From NCBI GenBank assembly GCA_963632935.1, contig CAVGWA010000004.1:2576-66575 (forward strand): a stretch of DNA of 64,000 bases, in the 5' to 3' direction. Positions 1 through 8,703 of the stretch are shown in pieces (the stretch's first letter is position 1; each line of letters opens with the position of its first letter). A program made the translations under genes and the position numbers. The notes under the pieces were generated by a model. That model did no database searches, had not been told where the DNA came from, and saw only the letters and a program-made list of their open reading frames with translations. This DNA comes from Oscillospiraceae bacterium. GTDB lineage: Bacteria > Bacillota_I > Bacilli_A > RF39 > UBA660.

Positions 1-1
1 A

Positions 2-559
2 AACTTAGACCTAACCGAAGAAGAATTAAAAATACTAAAACCATTTAACCTACTAACACTAAAACCAATCATATACGTCGCAAACATCAACGAAGACGAA
101 CTAAATAAAGAAAATAACTATGTCAAAACATTAAAACAATATGCTGAAAAAGAAAATGCATCAGTCGTCGTAATATGTGCTAAAATAGAAGCTGAATTAA
201 GTGAATTAGATGATGAAGATAAAAAAGAATTTCTTGCAGACTTAAATATCCAAGAAAGTGGACTAGACAAATTAATAAAAAGTTCTTATAAATTACTAGG
301 TTTATCAACATACCTAACAGCTGGTCCTGATGAAGTAAGAGCATGGACATACAAACAAGGGATGAAAGCCCCAGAATGTGCAGGAATAATTCATACCGAC
401 TTTGAAAGAGGATTTATAAAAGCAGAAATAATGAGCTTTAATGATCTTAAACAGTTGGGTAGTGAAACAAAAGTAAAAGAAGAAGGAAAATTAAGATTAG
501 AAGGAAAAGACTATATAATGCAAGACGGAGATATATGTCATTTTAGATTCAATGTATAA
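2..559 (+). CDS. ychF: Ribosome-binding ATPase YchF, C-terminal part (5' end outside window)
   Basis: Frame open from window edge to TAA 557-559. Reads NLDLTEEELKILKPFNLLTLKPIIYVANINEDE... and ends ...HTDFERGFIKAEIMSFNDL...GDICHFRFNV, the conserved YchF C-terminus. Confidence 0.9.
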   Translation, partial: NLDLTEEELKILKPFNLLTLKPIIYVANINEDELNKENNYVKTLKQYAEKENASVVVICAKIEAELSELDDEDKKEFLADLNIQESGLDKLIKSSYKLLGLSTYLTAGPDEVRAWTYKQGMKAPECAGIIHTDFERGFIKAEIMSFNDLKQLGSETKVKEEGKLRLEGKDYIMQDGDICHFRFNV

Positions 560-566
560 AAATTTT

Positions 567-597
567 AAAGTCAAAGAATAAAACTTTGATTTTTTTA
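567..597 (+). terminator. Rho-independent terminator after ychF
   Basis: TCAAAG (571-576) / CTTTGA (584-589) stem, 7-nt loop, followed by a T-run (590-596). Confidence 0.6.
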
Positions 598-652
598 ATA
601 AGAAATCAACAAATTGTTTAACCACAAAAATCATATGAAATTACAAAACCTA

Positions 653-681
653 TTTACTTTTAAACCACATTTTGTTATAAT
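653..681 (+). promoter_or_regulatory. Sigma-A-type promoter of the rpsF-ssb-rpsR operon
   Basis: TTTACT (653-658), 17-nt spacer, extended -10 TGtTATAAT (673-681). A ~60-nt leader with a small GAGTA/TACTC hairpin precedes the RBS AAGGAGGTGG. Confidence 0.5.
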
Positions 682-748
682 CATTAGCGAGTATTAATTT
701 ACTCCTTGCTTTCAAAAGAAAGCCATAAGACCATAAGGAGGTGGAAAA

Positions 749-1039
749 ATGAAAAACTATGAAATCATGTTTATCATAAGACCAACATTAAGTGAAGATG
801 AAGTTAAAAAAGTATCAAAAGATTTTTCAAACATCATCACAAACAATGGCGGTAAAATAACAAAAGAAGAAAACATGGGACAAAGAGAGTTAGCTTATGA
901 AATAAAAGATTTCAAAAGCGGTTACTACTTCGTTTTTGAAGTTGAAGCTAAAGATGACAAAGCTATTAAAGAATTCGACCGTTTAGCTCTTATCAACAAC
1001 GATATTGTTCGTCATTTAATTACTAAAGTAGAAGATTAA
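749..1039 (+). CDS. rpsF: 30S ribosomal protein S6
   Basis: MKNYEIMFIIRP... is typical of S6. Strong RBS AAGGAGGTGG. Canonical rpsF-ssb-rpsR order. Confidence 0.95.
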   Translation: MKNYEIMFIIRPTLSEDEVKKVSKDFSNIITNNGGKITKEENMGQRELAYEIKDFKSGYYFVFEVEAKDDKAIKEFDRLALINNDIVRHLITKVED

Positions 1040-1055
1040 GAAAAGAGGAAGTTGT

Positions 1056-1523
1056 ATGAATAGAGTATGCCTAGTAGGTAGAATAACAGCAAAACCTGAA
1101 TTAAGATATACAGGAAGTAACATTCCATATACTAGATTTAGCCTAGCTGTAAATAGAACTTTTAATAATGCCCAAGGAGAAAGAGAAGCAGATTTTATCA
1201 ATATTATTGTTTGGAGACGCCAAGCAGAAAATATAGTTAATTACCTTGATAAAGGTAGTCAAGTTTCAGTAGATGGAAGAATTCAAACAGGTAGTTATAC
1301 AGATAAAGATGGTAACAGACGTTACACAACTGATGTAGTTGCTGATAATATTCAATTTTTAGACTCACGTCGTAGTGCAGAACAAAGAACAAGTGCACCA
1401 ACACCTTATGACTATCAAGATGCACCTGCTCAAAGTGCACCACAAAATAATGTTGATGTAGCCGATGATCCTTTCGCAGATTTTGGGGATAATGTTTCAA
1501 TTGATGATAATTTCTTAGAATAG
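1056..1523 (+). CDS. ssb: Single-stranded DNA-binding protein
   Basis: [19 protein letters not shown]... OB-fold N-terminus. Acidic C-terminal tail ...[19 protein letters not shown]. Confidence 0.95.
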   Translation: MNRVCLVGRITAKPELRYTGSNIPYTRFSLAVNRTFNNAQGEREADFINIIVWRRQAENIVNYLDKGSQVSVDGRIQTGSYTDKDGNRRYTTDVVADNIQFLDSRRSAEQRTSAPTPYDYQDAPAQSAPQNNVDVADDPFADFGDNVSIDDNFLE

Positions 1524-1533
1524 GAGGATAGTT

Positions 1534-1749
1534 ATGGCAGAATTTCGTAGAAGAAAAAGAAAAGTGTGTCAAATGTGTGCTGGTAAACATGTAAGTTACA
1601 AAGACGACACAGTAAAAAAATATGTTAGCCTAGATAAAGGTAAAATCTTACCAAGAAGAATGACTGGTGCTTGTGCAAAACACCAAAGATATATAGCTAA
1701 TGAAGTTAAAAAAGCTAGATTCATGGCTTTATTACCATTCGTTAAATAA
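1534..1749 (+). CDS. rpsR: 30S ribosomal protein S18
   Basis: [11 protein letters not shown]...[27 protein letters not shown] is the S18 signature. Confidence 0.95.
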   Translation: MAEFRRRKRKVCQMCAGKHVSYKDDTVKKYVSLDKGKILPRRMTGACAKHQRYIANEVKKARFMALLPFVK

Positions 1750-1751
1750 TC

Positions 1752-1778
1752 ACTAAGTAAATTTACTTAGTTTTTTTT
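1752..1778 (+). terminator. Rho-independent terminator of the rpsF operon
   Basis: Palindrome ACTAAGTAAATTTACTTAGT followed by T8. Confidence 0.7.
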
Positions 1779-1870
1779 ACAAAAATTTAAAAAAATTTCA
1801 CTTTCTTGCAGGAAATCACTATCTTTACGTCGTATGTTAATAAATGAAGGGGCAAGAAAGGAATGATCAC

Positions 1871-2761
1871 ATGAAAAAAACTCTTTCACTTTTACTATTC
1901 TTATTTATGTTTATAACATGCCTAAAAACAACCTATGCACAAGAAGCAAAAATAAGTTATGTCAAACTCAATAATATCTATTATAATTTAAATATCAATG
2001 GAAATAATCAATCAAATGGTGTTACCATGTTCAAATTAGATGATAGAATAGCCTATTGTATAGAGCCAGGTGTAGAAATTAATCAAAAATACTATGATAT
2101 TTTACCAGACTGGAGTCAAATAAACTTCACCGATGAACAAAAAAAATACATAGAACTAATAGGTTATTATGGATATGAATATCCAAACCATAATACAGAT
2201 AACTATTATATAGCATCTCAAGAACTAATCTGGCAAGCAGTAAATAATAACATCAAAGTTTCATGGACAACACAAAAAAATAACAGTGGCAATCAAATAG
2301 ACATAACAAAAGAAAAAGAAGAAATATTATCATTAATAGAAAAACACAAACTAACCCCAAGCTTTATAGATAAACAAATAAAAGATGAAGTAGGAAAAAC
2401 GATCATATTAAAAGATGATAATAACGTTTTAGAAAACTACGAACTATCAGAAAGTAAATGTCATAACATAATAAAAAATGGTAATACATTAACCATAAAA
2501 TTAAACGAAAATCCATGCACAGAAGAACTACAATTAACAAAAAAATATTATGATACCTCATCGCTTCTAATATACACCAAAGCAAATTCACAAAAATTAG
2601 CCGCACTGAGAATAACATTTGATAAAACAGCATCATTTAAAATAACTAGTGAAAACAAACCGGAAGAAATAGAAGTGCCAAACACAGGATTTTATGACAT
2701 AACACAAATTATAAGTTCACTTTTAATAGGCACCGGATTTGTCTTACGCAAAATTAATTAA
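1871..2761 (+). CDS. Sortase-anchored surface protein with minimal Cys-Gln thioester (TED/TQXA-like) domain
   Basis: Signal peptide MKKTLSLLLFLFMFITCLKTTYA. RIAYCIEPG (Cys), GYYGYEYP, IASQELIWQAV (TQxAIW-like Gln motif). C-terminal sorting signal VPNTG + hydrophobic stretch + LRKIN. The ORF could also start at 1844. Confidence 0.65.
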   Translation: MKKTLSLLLFLFMFITCLKTTYAQEAKISYVKLNNIYYNLNINGNNQSNGVTMFKLDDRIAYCIEPGVEINQKYYDILPDWSQINFTDEQKKYIELIGYYGYEYPNHNTDNYYIASQELIWQAVNNNIKVSWTTQKNNSGNQIDITKEKEEILSLIEKHKLTPSFIDKQIKDEVGKTIILKDDNNVLENYELSESKCHNIIKNGNTLTIKLNENPCTEELQLTKKYYDTSSLLIYTKANSQKLAALRITFDKTASFKITSENKPEEIEVPNTGFYDITQIISSLLIGTGFVLRKIN

Positions 2762-3344
2762 AAAATTAAGTATAATTTTAATAATATTAGGAAATTACAG
2801 CTTATGTGCATATACGTTGAAAGAGGTAAGAAATTTAAAAGATTACACCCCAAAGGCGAAAATAAACATAAAACAAAATAAAAGTAAAGAAACTGTAAAA
2901 GAAGCAAAAGAACAAACGCAAAATCAAACAAAAAAGATTGAAATAAAAAAGAATTATTTAGGAACCCTGAATATTCCTAAAATAAATTTAAAAAGATACC
3001 TATATCCAATTGATTCTTATCAAAATAACGTCAATAAAAATGTAGAAATATTAAAACAATCAAATATGCCCGACATTACTAACGGCAATCTAATTCTAGC
3101 CGCACATAATGGAAATACTTCACTGGGACATTTTAAAAACATAAATCAATTAGAAAAAAATGACATCATTGAAATAAATTACAATAATGTAAATTACATC
3201 TACGAAGTAGATAGCACATATGAAGTTTTAAAAACGGGAAAAGTATCCATAAAAAGAGATAAGAATCAAAATACAATAACCCTTATTACTTGTAAAGGAA
3301 TAGATAAACAATTAGTAGTAATAGGTTATTTAAGGAACACCTAA
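2739..3344 (+). CDS. Sortase (cysteine transpeptidase)
   Basis: TTG start overlapping the adhesin 3' end by 23 nt. N-terminal membrane anchor. LILAAHNG (His), TLITCKG (Cys), VVIGYLR (Arg). Confidence 0.85.
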   Translation: MSYAKLIKKLSIILIILGNYSLCAYTLKEVRNLKDYTPKAKINIKQNKSKETVKEAKEQTQNQTKKIEIKKNYLGTLNIPKINLKRYLYPIDSYQNNVNKNVEILKQSNMPDITNGNLILAAHNGNTSLGHFKNINQLEKNDIIEINYNNVNYIYEVDSTYEVLKTGKVSIKRDKNQNTITLITCKGIDKQLVVIGYLRNT

Positions 3345-3519
3345 AAGATGTTCCAAATAAAAGAATAAAAAGACAACATACCACCAGTAAAAATCATTAC
3401 ACTAATTAAACACATCACGGATACACTTTCATTGTCTAAAAAAGTTATACTATCTATAGATAAATTCATCAAGAAGTAATAAACTTCTTTTTTATTTCGT
3501 ATAATTAATAGGTGATCAA

Positions 3520-4176
3520 ATGAAATATAAAATCATTTCATTATTCATATTTATATTATCCCTTTGCTTTTTTAACATAACCTTTGCCCAAACAAAATTG
3601 CCACTTCTATCAAAAGTAATCTACCTAGATAGTGGTCATGGTGGACCAGATAGTGGTGCTTACTACAAAAACGTAAGAGAATCAGATTTAAACCTAGAAA
3701 TAACAAAAAAAATAGAAAAAACATTAAAAGCCTCAGGAGCAACCGTATATCTAACACGATATGGCGATTATGACCTATCAGTAAACAACGCATGGAATAG
3801 AAAAAGAAGCGACCTATCAAGAAGAGCAAATATAATAAATAAATCAAACTGTGATCTATATCTATCAATCCATCTAAACGCTGAAGATTCACAAACCCTG
3901 CACGGTGCCGAAGCATATTATGACACTATCAATCCCGAAAACGAAAAAATAGCTAAAATTTTCCAAGAATACTTTAAAAAAAACTTAAATTCAAATAGAG
4001 AATATAAAGAAAATAGCACAAAATACCTCCAAAGAAGAGTAACTAGACCTGGCGTATTATTAGAAATAGGCTTCCTATCAAATCCATCAGAACGAGCCCT
4101 ACTTCAAAATGAAGTATATCAAAACAAACTAGCAAACACAATAAAAGATGCCAGCATAAAATATTTAAACAGTTAA
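3520..4176 (+). CDS. cwlD: Germination-specific N-acetylmuramoyl-L-alanine amidase (CwlD-like)
   Basis: Signal/anchor, then Amidase_3 motifs YLDSGHGGPDSGA, DLYLSIHLNA, LLEIGFLSN. Size and spore-gene context fit CwlD. Confidence 0.8.
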   Translation: MKYKIISLFIFILSLCFFNITFAQTKLPLLSKVIYLDSGHGGPDSGAYYKNVRESDLNLEITKKIEKTLKASGATVYLTRYGDYDLSVNNAWNRKRSDLSRRANIINKSNCDLYLSIHLNAEDSQTLHGAEAYYDTINPENEKIAKIFQEYFKKNLNSNREYKENSTKYLQRRVTRPGVLLEIGFLSNPSERALLQNEVYQNKLANTIKDASIKYLNS

Positions 4177-4240
4177 AATTTCACCAATTTATCATAAAAG
4201 CAAGTACCTTTTGTGCTATAATTATCATAGGTGAGAAGAA

Positions 4241-5173
4241 ATGACAGGAAAAATATTCAAAACACTTGATGAACAAGTTGATATTTTAGAAAAAAAAGGA
4301 CTAATAATTAAAGACAAAGGCTTAGCTAGGGAAATACTATTCAGAGAAAATTACTTCTTTATAAGTGGTTATCGTCATCTGTTTATGGTAAAATTCAATG
4401 ACAAAAAATTCATAACGGGAACAACATTTGAAGAACTATATGCAACATTCGTCTTTGATCGAGCAATTAGAAACACTTTTTTCAAAAACATATTAATTGT
4501 AGAAAACAATATCAAATCAATTATAAGTTATCAACTAAGTAAAAAATACGGTTTCAAAGAAAAAGAATATTTAGACCCTAAAAATTTTTCACCAGATGCC
4601 CTAAAATCAAGACAAGTATATGATGTATTAGATAAAGTAAAAAGGCAAATAAGAGTAAATGGACGTAAACATACCGCAACCATGCACTACATAGATAACT
4701 ATGGATACATCCCACTTTGGATATCCGTAAAAGTCCTATCATTTGGAATAATGGCCGAATTTTATAGCATTCTAAAAACAGAAGACAAAAACGAAATAGC
4801 TAAAGTTTATAACATCTCATCAGATAAACTTTCAGACTACCTAGTATTACTTTCAAACTTTAGAAACGTCTGTGCCCATGAAGACATATTATATGACCAT
4901 AGAACTCAAAGAACAGTGCCAGACACTAAATATCATGAATACCTGCAAATACCAAAAGGGCCAGATGGATATATATATGGAAAAAACGATTTATTTAGCT
5001 TAATAATTATTATGAAAGAAATGCTAAAACCAAAACAATTTGATCTATTAATTGAAGAAATAAAAAGAGAAGTTAATATATTAGATGAAAAAGTAGATAC
5101 CGTACCACTGGAAACCATACTAAACAAAATTGGCTTTCCAGGAAATTGGTATGAAATTAAAAATCTAGATTAG
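4241..5173 (+). CDS. Abi_2 family (AbiD/AbiF-like) abortive-infection-type protein
   Basis: Pattern typical of Abi-like proteins: LEKKGLII, ENYFFISGYRHLF, IPLWISVKVLSFG, NFRNVCAHED. Own extended -10 promoter TGcTATAAT about 20 nt upstream. Confidence 0.7.
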   Translation: MTGKIFKTLDEQVDILEKKGLIIKDKGLAREILFRENYFFISGYRHLFMVKFNDKKFITGTTFEELYATFVFDRAIRNTFFKNILIVENNIKSIISYQLSKKYGFKEKEYLDPKNFSPDALKSRQVYDVLDKVKRQIRVNGRKHTATMHYIDNYGYIPLWISVKVLSFGIMAEFYSILKTEDKNEIAKVYNISSDKLSDYLVLLSNFRNVCAHEDILYDHRTQRTVPDTKYHEYLQIPKGPDGYIYGKNDLFSLIIIMKEMLKPKQFDLLIEEIKREVNILDEKVDTVPLETILNKIGFPGNWYEIKNLD

Positions 5174-5183
5174 GAGGAATATA

Positions 5184-6251
5184 ATGCGAGAAAAAATAAT
5201 AAACATTGTAGTAATTATAATAGTACTTACAGCTGGAATATGTACTACACTATACTTCACACAAAACACATCAACAGAAACCTCAGTCAAAAAGAACGTA
5301 ACAATAACATCAAAAGATTCAATCAATGAATCAGTCCAAAAAGTATATGACTCAGTAGTAGTAGTAAATAACTATCAAAACGGACGCCTATCAGGATATG
5401 GTTCAGGATTTGTATACAAAAAAGACAGTAAATATGGTTACATCATGACCAATAATCACGTAGTAGATGGAGCCAGCGAAATAAAAATAACATTAACATC
5501 AGGTGATGAAATAGAAGCTAAAGTATTAGGAACAGATTCATACATGGATATAGCCGTAGTTAGAATAAGTGCCGATAAAGTATTAGGCGTAGCCGAAATA
5601 GGAGATAGCTCAAAATCAAAAGTAGGAGATACCGTATTTACAGTAGGAACCCCTGTTAGTACAGAATATGCAGGAACTGTTACAAAAGGAATAATATCAG
5701 GTGAAAATAGAGAAATAACAGTAACAAACAACGGTTCACAATACATGATGGAAGCAATTCAAATAGATGCCTCAATCAACCCAGGAAATAGTGGTGGACC
5801 ACTAGTAAACATAAACGGTGAAGTAATAGGAGTAAACTCAGTAAAACTAGTTGAAAGCTCAGTAGAAGGAATGGGATTTGCAATTCCAATTGAAGTAGCA
5901 ATGAGCCAAGTAGAAAAACTAGAAAAAGGTGAAGCAATTGAAAGGCCATTAATTGGTGTATCTCTTTATGATTTAGATAGTGCTTCATATTATAACTCAA
6001 GCCTAAAAACAGATGGAATAAAATCAGGAGTTATAGTAAACGAAGTTCAAAGTGGTAGTGATGCTGAATCTGCAGGTCTACAAAAAAATGACATAATAAC
6101 AAAAGTAGATGGAACAACTGTAAAAAGTTCCGCACATTTAAAATATCTACTTTATAAACATAACCTAGGAGACAGTATTAAACTAACAATCAGCCGAGAT
6201 GGAAAAGAAAAAGAGTTAACCTTAAAATTAACTCACAAAGTAGGAGACTAG
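5184..6251 (+). CDS. htrA: HtrA/DegP-family serine protease with PDZ domain
   Basis: N-terminal TM. Trypsin-like triad contexts TNNHVV, DIAVV, GNSGGPLV. C-terminal PDZ (GLQKNDIITKVDG). Confidence 0.9.
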   Translation: MREKIINIVVIIIVLTAGICTTLYFTQNTSTETSVKKNVTITSKDSINESVQKVYDSVVVVNNYQNGRLSGYGSGFVYKKDSKYGYIMTNNHVVDGASEIKITLTSGDEIEAKVLGTDSYMDIAVVRISADKVLGVAEIGDSSKSKVGDTVFTVGTPVSTEYAGTVTKGIISGENREITVTNNGSQYMMEAIQIDASINPGNSGGPLVNINGEVIGVNSVKLVESSVEGMGFAIPIEVAMSQVEKLEKGEAIERPLIGVSLYDLDSASYYNSSLKTDGIKSGVIVNEVQSGSDAESAGLQKNDIITKVDGTTVKSSAHLKYLLYKHNLGDSIKLTISRDGKEKELTLKLTHKVGD

Positions 6252-6266
6252 AAATAGTCTCTTTTA
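6244..6266. terminator. Bidirectional hairpin between convergent htrA and cwlJ
   Basis: GAGACTA (6244-6250) / TAGTCTC (6255-6261), GAAA loop, TTTT follows. Confidence 0.5.
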
Positions 6267-6692
6267 TCTTATTTCATTACATACGCCATCTTCAGGAACA
6301 TAAAAACAATGATTCTTATATCTACCACTATTATATTGACCCCACCAAGCCTCCTTACATCCTTCGCCTTCTTTAGGTGCATAAAACCATAAAGCATGAG
6401 TAGCCGGATAATAATATTCTCCCTTAATCACCCTATCAGCTAAACTCTTTTCTAAGCTAGTAGGATTACTAAAAAAAAGAGGAGAATCAACACCAGAAAA
6501 ACCACCAGGACTTTGATATATAACCTTAGTAATACTGTCCACATTCTTAAAAGTTAAACAATTAGCCAAAACCCTATTAACAACAACATTTCCAACCATC
6601 AGCATTCCTAAATCACCCTCACCAATAGCCTCAGCCCTCATCAATCTCGCAAGTAGCTCCTTTTCCTTAGTATTATACTTTATAACAGACAT
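6264..6692 (-). CDS. cwlJ: Spore cortex-lytic enzyme CwlJ (SleB/CwlJ Hydrolase_2 family)
   Basis: 142 aa like B. subtilis CwlJ. LLARLMRAEAIGEG..GMLMVGNVVVNRV, ...HCFYVP. Confidence 0.85.
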   Translation of the reverse strand: MSVIKYNTKEKELLARLMRAEAIGEGDLGMLMVGNVVVNRVLANCLTFKNVDSITKVIYQSPGGFSGVDSPLFFSNPTSLEKSLADRVIKGEYYYPATHALWFYAPKEGEGCKEAWWGQYNSGRYKNHCFYVPEDGVCNEIR

Positions 6693-6770
6693 TTAAATCA
6701 CCATCATATTATATGAAAGTTATTGAATAAGTTTAAATAATGTGATATAATCAACTTGTCTTACCAACAC

Positions 6771-6846
6771 AGGGGAATAGTTCAGTTGGTAGAACGTCGG
6801 TCTCCAAAACCGAATGTCGTGAGTTCAAGTCTTGCTTCCCCTGCCA
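6771..6846 (+). tRNA. trnW: tRNA-Trp (anticodon CCA)
   Basis: Acceptor stem AGGGGAA/TTCCCCT, D-loop AGTTGGTAGA, anticodon loop CTCCAAA, T-arm GTGAGTTCAAGTCTTGC, encoded 3' CCA. Confidence 0.9.
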
Positions 6847-6857
6847 TAAGAAAATGC

Positions 6858-6896
6858 CGAGTTTTTTTCTATAAATAAAGGAAAAGCTCGTTTTTT
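6858..6896 (+). terminator. Probable terminator after tRNA-Trp
   Basis: CGAGTTTTT / AAAAGCTCG stem (one G-U), long loop, followed by TTTTTT. Confidence 0.4.
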
Positions 6897-7016
6897 AATC
6901 TTACAAAACATTCACAGTAAAAAAATTAAAGTATCAAACACTTTTGCTTTTTATATTAACTCTTTTCTAAAAAATTTCACAAAAAGATGCTATAATGAAT
7001 TAAAGGAGGCAAAATA

Positions 7017-7535
7017 ATGGAAAAAGAAACTTCATTAAATGAAATAGTAAACAATAATTATCAAGAAAAAACAATTGTACAAATGAACGTTCCAATAAAA
7101 AAAATAGGACTTGCAAGCGACCACAGAGGATTCAAACTAAAACAAAAACTTACAAAATATTTAAATAAAATAGGATATACTGTTATCGACTATGGATGTG
7201 ATGATAAAAATTCACACGATTATCCAGAATATGGATTTAAATTAGGCAAAGCAGTAAGAGATGGACTAGTAGAAAAAGGAATTGCCATATGTGGTAGTGG
7301 AATTGGAATAAGCATAGCCTGCAACAAAATAGACAAAGTAAGATGTGCAAAAGTAAACAACATAAAAGAAACAAAATACACAAGACAAGATAACGATGCA
7401 AACATCATTGCTATAAATGGAAATATGCCATTATTCAGGGCCAAAGATATTACAGATGTGTTTTTAAAAACACCTTTTAGTAATCAAGAACGTCATAAAA
7501 AACGCATCGAAATGTTAGATAACTACAAAAACTAA
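7017..7535 (+). CDS. rpiB: Ribose-5-phosphate isomerase B (RpiB/LacAB family) with ~25 aa N-terminal extension
   Basis: IGLASDHRGFKLK, ICGSGIGISIACNK. Strong RBS AAAGGAGG. Extended -10 TGcTATAAT upstream. Confidence 0.85.
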   Translation: MEKETSLNEIVNNNYQEKTIVQMNVPIKKIGLASDHRGFKLKQKLTKYLNKIGYTVIDYGCDDKNSHDYPEYGFKLGKAVRDGLVEKGIAICGSGIGISIACNKIDKVRCAKVNNIKETKYTRQDNDANIIAINGNMPLFRAKDITDVFLKTPFSNQERHKKRIEMLDNYKN

Positions 7536-7732
7536 TGCAACTAAAAGGTCTTATATATATAGTAATGGTGATAATCACCATATGGTCTTTAGAAAGTCTA
7601 AATATTTCAGGCATATTTAAAAAAAACAGATATTATTCATCAAGAGTATTATATTTAATCATTAGTATGGCTTTATCGTATTTAGTAGTAAATTTTTTAT
7701 ATGATTTTTTCGTAAACACAAAATTCATTTAG
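7535..7732 (+). CDS. Small two-TM membrane protein (DUF1146/YwzB-like)
   Basis: TAATG overlap with rpiB. 65 aa with two hydrophobic helices. Position next to spoIID resembles ywzB. Confidence 0.45.
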   Translation: MQLKGLIYIVMVIITIWSLESLNISGIFKKNRYYSSRVLYLIISMALSYLVVNFLYDFFVNTKFI

Positions 7733-7746
7733 AAAGGAACTAAAAT

Positions 7747-8658
7747 ATGAAAAAGTTTATTATAATAACCATAATGATTAGTATAATACCTTTTTTATTT
7801 GCTAAAACATTTACAAAAAAAGATAACATAAAATTTAAATATATAACAAATAATATAATAAGAGTATTAGACGAAAAAACAGGACAAATCACAGAAATAC
7901 CATTTGAAGACTACATAAAAGGAGTCGTCGCAAGTGAAATGCCAACAACCTTTGAATTAGAAGCCCTAAAAGCCCAAGCAGTTGCTTCAAGAAGCTACGC
8001 AACATATCAAATGAATGGAAATAAAACAAAAGACTATGATGTTACCAACACAACAACAAACCAAGTATATAAAACAGAAAATCAGCTAAAACAAATATGG
8101 AAAGAAGAATATCCCGAAAAAATAAATAAAATAAAAAAAGCAGTAACCGAAACAGAAAACCAAATACTAACATATAATAACCAAGTAGTAAATGCCATGT
8201 TTTTCTCAACAAGTACTGGTGTAACCGAAAACAGTGAAGAAATATTTTCATCAAAAGTTCCGTATCTAAGAAGTGTATCAAGCAAATGGGATGAAGAATC
8301 TCCATCATATCAAGATACATATAAATTAACTTTAAATGATTTTTATAATAAACTATCATTACCATATAATCAAACAATAACAATAACAAATATAGAAAAA
8401 ACAACAACTGGAAGAACAAAAAAACTAAACATAAACGGACAAACAATAAATGGTAGAAAATTAGCTCAAAAACTAAGCCTTCGTTCAAACTACTTTGATA
8501 TAACTCAAAATGAAGAGAACATAACAATAACAACAAAAGGATTTGGCCATGGTGTTGGAATGAGCCAATACGGAGCAAACGGAATGGCCAAAGAAGGATA
8601 TAAATATGATCAAATATTAAAATATTACTATCAAAACACAGAAATAAAAAAAACATAG
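7747..8658 (+). CDS. spoIID: Stage II sporulation protein D (lytic transglycosylase)
   Basis: EALKAQAVASRSYA, NAMFFSTSTGVTENSEEIF, GFGHGVGMSQYGANGMA. Confidence 0.9.
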   Translation: MKKFIIITIMISIIPFLFAKTFTKKDNIKFKYITNNIIRVLDEKTGQITEIPFEDYIKGVVASEMPTTFELEALKAQAVASRSYATYQMNGNKTKDYDVTNTTTNQVYKTENQLKQIWKEEYPEKINKIKKAVTETENQILTYNNQVVNAMFFSTSTGVTENSEEIFSSKVPYLRSVSSKWDEESPSYQDTYKLTLNDFYNKLSLPYNQTITITNIEKTTTGRTKKLNINGQTINGRKLAQKLSLRSNYFDITQNEENITITTKGFGHGVGMSQYGANGMAKEGYKYDQILKYYYQNTEIKKT

Positions 8659-8703
8659 TATAAAAAAAACAAAACAATCCAAAATTATAGTAGAGGTGAA
8701 AAT

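Noticed and set aside
688-748. The rpsF 5' leader, considered as an S6:S18-binding autoregulatory RNA motif.
   Set aside because: Only a short GAGTA/TACTC hairpin is visible. I cannot verify the published motif's conserved nucleotides by eye, so an Infernal/Rfam scan is needed.
3345-3440. A 25-codon hydrophobic minus-strand ORF (MCLISVMIFTGGMLSFYSFIWNIF) between the sortase gene and cwlD.
   Set aside because: It has no Shine-Dalgarno sequence and no promoter or terminator signals.
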